From the NCBI GenBank assembly GCA_052388435.1, contig JBQTIC010000059.1, positions 14,395-78,394 on the forward strand: a DNA stretch of 64,000 bases, read 5' to 3'. The notes beneath the pieces are model-generated. The model saw only the letters and a program-made list of their open reading frames with translations. It searched no databases and had not been told where the DNA came from. This document shows, in pieces, positions 8,913 to 16,886 of the stretch. This DNA comes from Chromatiales bacterium. GTDB taxonomy: Bacteria; Pseudomonadota; Gammaproteobacteria; JAJPIJ01. Position 1 is the stretch's first letter. Every line of letters begins with the position of its first letter. The translations under genes and the position numbers were made by a program.

Positions 8913-9722
8913 ATGTCGACACGCACTGACGCCTTGATCGCATCCGTAGAACGTCTCGGCCGCGCGACCGTCGCGGTTGTCGAGGAGTTCGGCTACTACT
9001 TTCTGCTGCTGGTGGAGAGCCTTTACTGGCTGCTGTTCGGCTTCCTGCGCCGGCAGCCGGTGCGGGCGTCTGCCATGGCCGCCCAGATGATGGCCATCGG
9101 CATCGCCGCCGTTCCAATCGTGGTGATTCTCGCCTTCACCATCGGCGTCATGCTCGCCATCCAGGGCATACACACGCTGAAGACCTTCGGCGCCGAGGAA
9201 CAGGTCGTGGTCGGGATCGCGCTGTCCGTCACGCGCGAATTCGGTCCGCTCATCACCGCCATCGTCGTGGCCGGGCGCTCCGGTTCGGCGCTGGCCGCGC
9301 GCATCGGCACCATGCAGGTGTCGCAGGAGATCGACGCCCTGCGCGTCATGAGCATCAATCCGGTGCGCTACCTTTCCTCACCGGTGCTCGCGGCGATGCT
9401 GGTGATGGTCCCCTCGCTCACCCTGGTTGCGGACTTCGCCGGTCTGTTCGGCGGTGCCGTGTTCAGCAACATCGAGCTGGGGTTATCTTACAACGCGTAT
9501 GCGGATCGCACACTGACGGCGCTGCAGGTCGACGACGTGATGCAGGGTCTCATCAAGAGCCTGGTGTTCGCTGCCATCATCACCGTCATCGGTGTCAGCA
9601 ACGGCTTCCAGGTAACGGGCGGCGCCGAGGGGGTCGGCAGGGCGACGACACGCTCGGTGGTGCTGGCGATCTCCTATATCGTTGTCGCCGACATGCTGTT
9701 TACGTATTTCCTTAACCGCTGA
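8913..9722 (+). CDS. mlaE: MlaE-family ABC permease
   Basis: REFGPLITAIVVAGRSGSALAARIGTMQVSQEIDALRVM; GVGRATTRSVV. Confidence 0.92.
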   Translation: MSTRTDALIASVERLGRATVAVVEEFGYYFLLLVESLYWLLFGFLRRQPVRASAMAAQMMAIGIAAVPIVVILAFTIGVMLAIQGIHTLKTFGAEEQVVVGIALSVTREFGPLITAIVVAGRSGSALAARIGTMQVSQEIDALRVMSINPVRYLSSPVLAAMLVMVPSLTLVADFAGLFGGAVFSNIELGLSYNAYADRTLTALQVDDVMQGLIKSLVFAAIITVIGVSNGFQVTGGAEGVGRATTRSVVLAISYIVVADMLFTYFLNR

Positions 9723-9725
9723 CGT

Positions 9726-9956
9726 AGGAGTCTGTCGGAGCTGACACGCCATGCGCATTGCTGGCCAGACACGGCTACGGCTGCGACCCGGTGCGCGCAG
9801 CGGCGAGTGCGGAAGCGGGCCCACGCACACCGAGGTCGCCATCGTTCCGGCGCGCCGACTCGGTCCCGCACCTGCCACTGCGCGAAACCGTAGACCGGTC
9901 GGCGCATCGAAAATCGCACACCGTCGCGCACAGCAGCTTGAGTCCGACAGACTCCT
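9726..9956. mobile_element. MITE-like element with perfect 14-bp terminal inverted repeats
   Basis: AGGAGTCTGTCGGA (9726-9739) and TCCGACAGACTCCT (9943-9956); 231 bp, no credible ORF; fills the mlaE-mlaF gap; no obvious target duplication. Confidence 0.65.
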
Positions 9957-9971
9957 GGCCCGGAGGGATGC

Positions 9972-10772
9972 ATGAACGGCGTGAGCGCAGCACCGGTCAT
10001 CGAAGTCAGGGATCTCGTGGCTCATTACGGTACGCGCAAGATCCTGGATGGTGTTCACTTGGATATCCCGCCCGGCGAGATCCGCATCATCATGGGGGGC
10101 AGCGGTTCGGGCAAGAGCACGCTGCTGCGCCACCTCCTCGGCATCAACCGGCCAACGAGCGGTAGCATCCGCCTGCTTGGCATCGACGTCACTGACGCCC
10201 CGGCGGCGGAGCTGTATCAACTGCGCAAGAAGATAGGCGTTGCCTTCCAAGGCGGCGCGCTGTTCAGCTCCATGACCGTCGGTGAAAACATCAAGCTGCC
10301 GCTGCGTGAGCACGCGAAGCTCGATGAGAAGACCATGGAGATCATGGTGCGCCTGAAGCTCGAGGTCGTGAATCTGGCCGGCTTCGAGCACCTGATGCCG
10401 GCGCAGCTCTCCGGCGGGATGGTGAAGCGCGCGGCCGTGGCCCGCGCCATCGTCATGGACCCGAAGGTACTCTTTTTCGACGAGCCTTCCGCCGGTCTGG
10501 ATCCGGTTGTCTCGGCCGAACTCGACGAACTCATCCTCCGGCTGCGCCATGCGATGAACATGACCATCGTGGTGGTGACACACGAACTGGAGAGCGCGCT
10601 GAAAATCGCCGACCGCATCACGGTGCTGGACCAGGGACGCATCCTCATGACCGGGACCGTCGAGGAAGTGCAAAGCAGTGACATCGCGCGGGTGCAGGAT
10701 CTGCTCAATCGCCGACCTCGCGCCGATGAGGTTAATCCCGACGACTACCTGCGCCGGCTGACCGAAGGATGA
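9972..10772 (+). CDS. mlaF: MlaF-family ABC ATPase
   Basis: Walker A GGSGSGKST, signature LSGGMVKR, Walker B FFDEPSAGLDP, VVTHE. Confidence 0.92.
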   Translation: MNGVSAAPVIEVRDLVAHYGTRKILDGVHLDIPPGEIRIIMGGSGSGKSTLLRHLLGINRPTSGSIRLLGIDVTDAPAAELYQLRKKIGVAFQGGALFSSMTVGENIKLPLREHAKLDEKTMEIMVRLKLEVVNLAGFEHLMPAQLSGGMVKRAAVARAIVMDPKVLFFDEPSAGLDPVVSAELDELILRLRHAMNMTIVVVTHELESALKIADRITVLDQGRILMTGTVEEVQSSDIARVQDLLNRRPRADEVNPDDYLRRLTEG

Positions 10773-11828
10773 ATGTGCATGCGACGCGATCACATCAATT
10801 ACTTCATCGTCGGCCTGTTCGTGCTCAGCGTCTCGGTCGCCCTGCTCGCCCTGCTCTACCGCCTCACGGGGACTACGGGACCGACGGACCGCTATTACGC
10901 CTACTACGATAACGTTGGCGGCGTGAAGTACGGCACGGTGACATACTACAAGGGCTACCAGGTCGGTCAGGTGGAGCGCATCACGCCCGAGCAGCGCGAT
11001 CACGCGACACGCTACCGCGTCGAGTTCAGTGTCACCCGCGGCTGGCAGATCCCACGCGGCAGTGCGGCCGCCATCGTCATCCCCGCCCTGCTCGCACCGG
11101 TCGTGATAGACATCCGCGAGGGGCCGGGACCGGAGCGGCTGCCGCCCGGTTCGGAACTCGAAGGGGCGGAGCAGGCGAATCTCTTCGCCGCCCTCAACGG
11201 CGTCGCGGCTGACTTCCACGAGCTGTCGAGAGAAGGCATCCAGCCCATGCTGCGCAATCTCAACGAGCGGATCACCGCGCTCAGCAAGGAGTACGAGTCG
11301 CTCTCGCGGGACGAGGTGCGGCCACTCCTGGAGCGGCTGCAGCAGCGTCTTGACGACCCGGAGCTTTTCGCCGATCTCAAACAGGTAATCGACAAGCTGG
11401 ACGCCGGCGCAGACGCACTGCTCTCAGTGCTGAGAGAAGAAAATCAGCAGCACCTCGCCTCCATCTTGTCCAATGCCGACCGTGGATCGGCGCAACTGAA
11501 CGAAGTGCTCGTACGTATCGAGGGTACGCGCGTGCTCATGCATCACCTGCTCGAACAGATGGACCAGCTGGTCGCTGAAAATCGCAGTGGTGTGACACAG
11601 ACCGTCGGGGACGCCGCGACCGCAATGCAGGAGCTGCGGGACAGCATCCGCACGGTGGCAGACAACGTGGATAGCATCCTGCATTATCTGGAGAGCGGCA
11701 CCCGCAACATAAATGAGTTCAGCCGCGAGGTGCGCGAGAATCCCGGGATACTCTTGCGTGGCAAACCGCCGCAGGATCCGCTGCCCCCCGGTGGCAACAA
11801 CAGCAGCAGCGTGGAGGAAGAGCCTTGA
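10773..11828 (+). CDS. mlaD: MlaD/MCE-domain protein with long helical extension
   Basis: N-terminal TM (VGLFVL), MCE motif VTYYKGYQVGQVERI, heptad-rich helical tail, end ENPGILLRG. Confidence 0.85.
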   Translation: MCMRRDHINYFIVGLFVLSVSVALLALLYRLTGTTGPTDRYYAYYDNVGGVKYGTVTYYKGYQVGQVERITPEQRDHATRYRVEFSVTRGWQIPRGSAAAIVIPALLAPVVIDIREGPGPERLPPGSELEGAEQANLFAALNGVAADFHELSREGIQPMLRNLNERITALSKEYESLSRDEVRPLLERLQQRLDDPELFADLKQVIDKLDAGADALLSVLREENQQHLASILSNADRGSAQLNEVLVRIEGTRVLMHHLLEQMDQLVAENRSGVTQTVGDAATAMQELRDSIRTVADNVDSILHYLESGTRNINEFSREVRENPGILLRGKPPQDPLPPGGNNSSSVEEEP

Positions 11829-12442
11829 GACATTGGAAGATCATCGCTTGTGTGCTGATCGGGCTCACCACTGGCTGCGGGCGCAATGTGGCGGTGCCGA
11901 CCGACGTCTACTATCGTCTTGGCGCACCTCGCGTGGCACAATCGCTCGCGCGGCCGCTGACGGAGGGGGTGTTGTTCGTGGGCACTTTTCGCAGCGACGG
12001 TCTGAGCGGCGAGCGGCCGCTGGTATACAGCGATGCCCCGGACGATCTCACACTGAGGCAATATCATTACCATCATTGGGAGGACCCGCCGCCGCGGCTG
12101 CTGCGTCGACAACTGGTGCACTACCTGCGCGCCGCAAAGGCTGCCGGAACCGTCATGTCGGGTAAGGAGGCCAAATCCGATCAGGTGGTGCGCGGGCGGC
12201 TGTGGCGTTTCGAGCACGTGTTGCGCAAGAATGACACCTTTGTGCGAGTAGCGCTGGAGCTGCGACTGGAGGATCGGGAAGGCCGCGCGCTGCTGTTGAA
12301 GGATTACGAGGTGGAGAAGGTCGCCGCGCGCAGGGACGTGGCAAGCGTGGTCGCGGCAATGGACGAGGCGGTCAACGAGCTGTACGGCCAGTTCCTGGCC
12401 GATGCCGCGCGTGCCACCTCCGCTTTGAGCGCGGCGCCGTGA
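11825..12442 (+). CDS. ABC-type transport auxiliary lipoprotein (PqiC-like)
   Basis: Lipobox LTTGC; YYRL, QYHYHHWEDPPPRLL, RFEH; follows the MCE gene with TTGA overlap. Confidence 0.8.
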   Translation: MRHWKIIACVLIGLTTGCGRNVAVPTDVYYRLGAPRVAQSLARPLTEGVLFVGTFRSDGLSGERPLVYSDAPDDLTLRQYHYHHWEDPPPRLLRRQLVHYLRAAKAAGTVMSGKEAKSDQVVRGRLWRFEHVLRKNDTFVRVALELRLEDREGRALLLKDYEVEKVAARRDVASVVAAMDEAVNELYGQFLADAARATSALSAAP

Positions 12443-14691
12443 ACGCGATCCTGGTAAGGCTCCGCCGGCATTGGATCCGTATCGCCTTGGGTCTCGCGGT
12501 GCTGGTAGCCTTCCTCCTGCACGTCCGCGAGGAGGAGGGCGGTCTGTTCCGCGTGGGCCTCATCGACCAGCTGGAGAATTTGGCCTACGACACCCGGCTC
12601 GCATTCAGCATGCCGCGCACCCTCGATCCGCGCATCGTCATCGTGGACATTGACGAAAAGAGCCTTGCGGCCGAGGGCCGCTGGCCGTGGCCGCGGCACC
12701 GGCTTGCGAAGCTGCTCGAGCAGCTGTTCGGCACTTACAGGGTGGCGCTGGTCGGGTTCGACATCGTCTTTGCCGAACCCGATGAAAGCTCGGGGCTCAA
12801 GGTACTGGAGCGTCTCGCGGCCGGTGAGCTAAAGGCCGTGCCGCGGTTTGACGAGGCGCTGGAGCAGCTCCGCCCCCAGCTCGACAATGATGCCATCTTC
12901 GCGGGCGCTTTAGGCGAATATCCGGTTGTGCTCGGATACTTCTTCAATGAGCAGGCGAAGGCGCGCACCGGCGCGCTGCCGGCGCCGACCTTCATCAAGG
13001 GCAGCTTCCCCGGCAAGCGCATCGCCTTCCGCGACGCCGCCGGCTACGGCGCTAACCTCGCCCTCTTCAACGAGGCGGCCTTGGGTGCGGGTCATTTCAA
13101 TCCGTGGCTGGACGTAGACGGCGTGGTGCGCCGGGTGCCGATGGTGTTTTCCTTCGAGGGGGCTCAGTACGAGGCCCTGTCGCTGGCTGTCGCCCGCCAC
13201 TACCTGCAGGTCAAGGATGTGCGGGCCGAATTCGAGCCCGTACCCTCGCTGGCGGCGAAGAGCTACTCGGGGTTGGAGTGGCTGCGCATTGGAAAAGCGC
13301 GCATCCCGGTTGATGAGCACGTCCAGGCACTGGTGCCGTACCGGGGCCATCAGGGCAGCTTCCCGTACGTGTCCGCGACTGACGTCATCAATGGCAAGGC
13401 GGACCCGAAGCTGCTGAAGGAGGGAGCGATCGCGCTGGTGGGCACGACCTCCGCCGGCCTGCTCGACCTGCGGGCCACGCCGGTGCAAAGGGCCTACCCC
13501 GGAGTGGAGATCCACGCCAACCTGATCGCCGGGATCCTGGACGGGCGGATCATGCAGCAGCCCGCCTATACGCGCGGCGCGGAGTTCGTGCTCCTCGCTA
13601 TCTTTGGTCTCGTCTTTGCGCTGACACTGCCGATGTTGAGCCCGCTCGCAGCGACTCTGGCAGCTCTGGGCATGCTCGGTGGTTACATCGGGGTCAACCT
13701 CGCATTCTGGCACTTCGGCACACTGGTCCTGCCGATTGCCTCCGGCGTCCTGATGATGCTGGTGATGTTCCTGTTGAACATGTCCTACGGCTACTTCATC
13801 GAAACCCGCGGCAAGCGCCAGCTCACCGGACTGTTCGGACAATATGTGCCGCCCGAGCTGGTCGACGAGATGGCCAAGGACCCCGAACAGTACTCGCTCG
13901 AGGCGGAATCCCGGGAGATGACCGTGCTCTTCTCCGACGTGCGTGGCTTCACCTCCATCTCCGAGGGGCTGGAGCCCAAGGAGGTCGCCGAGCTCATGAA
14001 TCAGATGCTCACACCAATGACGACCGTGATTCACGACCATCGCGGCACGATCGACAAATACATGGGCGACGCGATCATGGCCTTCTGGGGGGCACCGGTG
14101 CCGGACCTCGAGCACGCGCGTCACGCCATCACCGCGGCCATGGAGATGATGGCGAAGCTGGAGGAGATGAACGCGCAGTTCAAAGAGCGCGGCTGGCCCG
14201 AAATCAGGGTTGGCATCGGGATCAACACCGGCGTGATGAACGTGGGCAACATGGGATCGGAATTCCGCATGGCCTACACGGTGCTTGGCGACAGCGTCAA
14301 CCTGGGATCGCGCCTGGAAGGTTTGACCAAGGGCTATGGCGTGCACATCATCGTCAGCGAGGCTAGCAAGGATGCAGTCCCGGATTACGCGTATCGGGAG
14401 CTCGACGTTGTGCGGGTCAAGGGCAAGGACAAGCCGGTCGGGATCTACGAACCGATTGCGCCGGCCACCGCTGTCGACAAGCGGCTGCAGGACGAGCTGA
14501 AACTGTACCGCCAGGCGCTCAGGTACTATCGCACCCAGCAGTGGGACATGGCCGAGTTGCAGTTCCTCAACCTCGCGAAGGCCGCGAACTCCGGCTACCT
14601 GTATAAGATGTACGCCGAGCGCGTAGCGTATTTCCGGCGCAATCCGCCCGGCAAGGACTGGGACGGCGTGTTCACCTTCACCACCAAGTAA
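12439..14691 (+). CDS. CHASE2-domain class III adenylate cyclase
   Basis: CHASE2 (IVIVDIDEKSL..GRWPWPR, DVDGVVRRVP, YPGVEIHAN), 3 TM, cyclase FSDVRGFT, DKYMGD, GINTG, YTVLGDSVNLGSRLEG (K/T residues indicating ATP specificity). Confidence 0.93.
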   Translation: MNAILVRLRRHWIRIALGLAVLVAFLLHVREEEGGLFRVGLIDQLENLAYDTRLAFSMPRTLDPRIVIVDIDEKSLAAEGRWPWPRHRLAKLLEQLFGTYRVALVGFDIVFAEPDESSGLKVLERLAAGELKAVPRFDEALEQLRPQLDNDAIFAGALGEYPVVLGYFFNEQAKARTGALPAPTFIKGSFPGKRIAFRDAAGYGANLALFNEAALGAGHFNPWLDVDGVVRRVPMVFSFEGAQYEALSLAVARHYLQVKDVRAEFEPVPSLAAKSYSGLEWLRIGKARIPVDEHVQALVPYRGHQGSFPYVSATDVINGKADPKLLKEGAIALVGTTSAGLLDLRATPVQRAYPGVEIHANLIAGILDGRIMQQPAYTRGAEFVLLAIFGLVFALTLPMLSPLAATLAALGMLGGYIGVNLAFWHFGTLVLPIASGVLMMLVMFLLNMSYGYFIETRGKRQLTGLFGQYVPPELVDEMAKDPEQYSLEAESREMTVLFSDVRGFTSISEGLEPKEVAELMNQMLTPMTTVIHDHRGTIDKYMGDAIMAFWGAPVPDLEHARHAITAAMEMMAKLEEMNAQFKERGWPEIRVGIGINTGVMNVGNMGSEFRMAYTVLGDSVNLGSRLEGLTKGYGVHIIVSEASKDAVPDYAYRELDVVRVKGKDKPVGIYEPIAPATAVDKRLQDELKLYRQALRYYRTQQWDMAELQFLNLAKAANSGYLYKMYAERVAYFRRNPPGKDWDGVFTFTTK

Positions 14692-14759
14692 GCACGCGGG
14701 TTGAACGGCCGTTGGATTGACAGAACTGATCTGCGGTGCCGCATGACTGGATTCGGGGC

Positions 14760-15200
14760 TTAGCTCCGGTCGCCCATGATGTAGTGCTGGAGCTGGTCGA
14801 TGATAAATCTCTGCTCGGAGATGATGTCCTTGACCAGATCGCCGATCGAGACGATGCCAACCAGCGTGCCGTCTTCAATGACGGGGAGGTGGCGCAGGCG
14901 GTTCTCGGTCATCAGTGCCATGCATCCCTCGTTGGTCTGGTCGGGGCGCACGTACATGACCGGGGAGGTCATGATTTCGCGCACGAATGTCTCCTTCGAC
15001 GCTCGCCCCATGAGCACGACCTTCCGGGCGTAATCGCGTTCACTGATGATACCGACGACCTCCTCGCCCTCCGTCACCACGAGCGCGCCGATGCCTTTGT
15101 CGGCCATCAGCCTGAGGGCGTCGAAGACCGACGCCGTGGGCGCGATGGTCTGCACGGTCTGATCCGGTTTGCCCTTAAGGATCTGAGCCACGGTTTTCAT
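14760..15200 (-). CDS. CBS-pair protein
   Basis: IGALVV...GIISERDYARK, RHLPV...GIVSIGDLVK. Confidence 0.9.
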   Translation of the reverse strand: MKTVAQILKGKPDQTVQTIAPTASVFDALRLMADKGIGALVVTEGEEVVGIISERDYARKVVLMGRASKETFVREIMTSPVMYVRPDQTNEGCMALMTENRLRHLPVIEDGTLVGIVSIGDLVKDIISEQRFIIDQLQHYIMGDRS

Positions 15201-15306
15201 GAGCGATTCTGCGTGGTAAAGCCTGGGGCGAAAGCGATCTGTCCGAATACTCAGGCGCGCTGCCGCCGCCCAAGGAAAGGAAATCCGGGGAGTCCGGTGC
15301 GGGGGA

Positions 15307-16041
15307 TTAGCGGCCGAGCAGGGTGAATTCCATCTTGATGCTGGCCAGCTCTACGATGTCGCCGTTTTTTAGCTCGTAGGCCTGCGGGCCTATCGCCGTG
15401 CCGTTGACCACGGGATAATGGGTTCCCCCTCCGTCGCTCTCGATATGGGTGAGGAAATAGCCCTGCGGGCGCCGGGAGATGACCGCGACCTGCACCCCGG
15501 GCTTGCCGAGCGTGATGAGCGCCTTGGTCAGTTCGAGTTCCTTCCCGGCAATCGGGCCGTTCAGAACGCGCAGCTTGCCGAGCGGCATGCCCGATACGGT
15601 CGCGGCAGCGGGTGCCGCGCTCGTGGCCATGGCCGGGGCTTGCTGAGGCGCCACGCCGGCATTGGCTGCCGCCTGCACGCTGGCGGCCGCCGCGCTGGCG
15701 GAGCCAGGACGGATGATCATTGTCTTCTCGAATTCCTCGTCGTGGGCCGTGGCGTGCTCGTTGACGTATTTCAACTCGTGCTTGCCGATACCGATAAGGT
15801 CGCCGTCGCGCAGGGCGTGCTTCTTGATGAGTTTGCCGTTGACGTAGGTGCCGTTGGTGCTGCCCAGGTCCTCCAGGAACGAGTCATCGAGGATGGTAAT
15901 GATGAGCGCGTGCTTGCCGCTCACGGCCAGGTTGTCGATCTGGACATCGTTATCCGGTTTGCGCCCAATCGTCGTGCGTTCCTTGGTGAGTGTGCATTCA
16001 CGCTGCACTGCACCATTCAAGCTAAGGATCAGTTTCGCCAT
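15307..16041 (-). CDS. FHA-domain protein (N-terminal FHA plus degenerate C-terminal FHA-like domain)
   Basis: TTIGRKPDND..VSGKHA..DLGSTNGTYVNG; Ala-rich linker; second domain ITLGKPG...LKNGDIVELA. Confidence 0.9.
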   Translation of the reverse strand: MAKLILSLNGAVQRECTLTKERTTIGRKPDNDVQIDNLAVSGKHALIITILDDSFLEDLGSTNGTYVNGKLIKKHALRDGDLIGIGKHELKYVNEHATAHDEEFEKTMIIRPGSASAAAASVQAAANAGVAPQQAPAMATSAAPAAATVSGMPLGKLRVLNGPIAGKELELTKALITLGKPGVQVAVISRRPQGYFLTHIESDGGGTHYPVVNGTAIGPQAYELKNGDIVELASIKMEFTLLGR

Positions 16042-16886
16042 AGGAACCTATCCCGTCTGTCGACCTTCTTCAACCAGCCCATTAGATTGTGCCAAGCTGA
16101 GCGCGCCGGGAAGCCACTCAAGACCCGTGCCAGAATCACAGAAATATTATCCTTACCCCCCTTGGCGTTAGCGACGCGGACCATCTCACGCCCTGCCTCT
16201 AAAAGATTAGCACTATATTTACTGAGGGTTAAGCGAATTTCTTCATCAGACATCATATCATTTAAGCCATCCGTACACAGCAGATAGATGTCCCCCGGCA
16301 GCACCCTCTCCTCAGTAATATCCACATCCACTGCATCTTCAATCCCCAAGGCCCGCGTGACAAGGTTTTTGGGGGTATTCGCGATTGCCTCCTCCTTGCT
16401 GAGGAAACCGCGGTCGACGAGTTCCTGCACCAGCGAGTGATCATTGGTCACCTGCTCGAAACTGCCACGGCGGAAGCGGTACAGGCGTGAGTCGCCGACG
16501 TGCGCTACGCAGATACGGTCATCGTAGAACAGGGTGCAGAGTACCGTCGTCCCCATGCCATGGCATTGAGGCTCGCTATTGGCCGTCTCGAAAATATGCA
16601 GGTTCGCCTTCTGGATGGCCTGTCTGAGCATCAACGCCCCCATGGTTCGGCCGCTGGCTTTGTCGATCTGGTGCGGTTCCCGTGCGGCGAGGCCGTGTCG
16701 GACCAGATCCATGACCACGCTGACGGCGATAGCGCTGGCGATCTCTCCCGCCTTATATCCGCCCATCCCGTCGGCGATCATGGCGAAACCCAGTCTCGGG
16801 TCGCTAGCGGTGCTGTCCTCATTGCGCGGGCGCTTTTGCCCAGGATCGGACAGGTTGACGACCTCCAGCGTTCCGGTGAGGTCCAT
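16029..16886 (-). CDS. Stp1/PppA-type PP2C Ser/Thr phosphatase
   Basis: NEDS, IADGMGG, GMGTT, AHVGDSRLY, DHSLVQE, LLCTDGL, GGKDNISV; TAATG coupling to the kinase stop. Confidence 0.92.
   Translation of the reverse strand: MDLTGTLEVVNLSDPGQKRPRNEDSTASDPRLGFAMIADGMGGYKAGEIASAIAVSVVMDLVRHGLAAREPHQIDKASGRTMGALMLRQAIQKANLHIFETANSEPQCHGMGTTVLCTLFYDDRICVAHVGDSRLYRFRRGSFEQVTNDHSLVQELVDRGFLSKEEAIANTPKNLVTRALGIEDAVDVDITEERVLPGDIYLLCTDGLNDMMSDEEIRLTLSKYSANLLEAGREMVRVANAKGGKDNISVILARVLSGFPARSAWHNLMGWLKKVDRRDRFLWRN

Noticed and set aside
9483-11219. 578-aa minus-strand ORF, and similar long ORFs at 12910-14346, 22607-23935, 38733-39668 and 59225-60889
   Set aside because: Antisense shadows of well-supported genes in GC-rich DNA; no recognisable motifs
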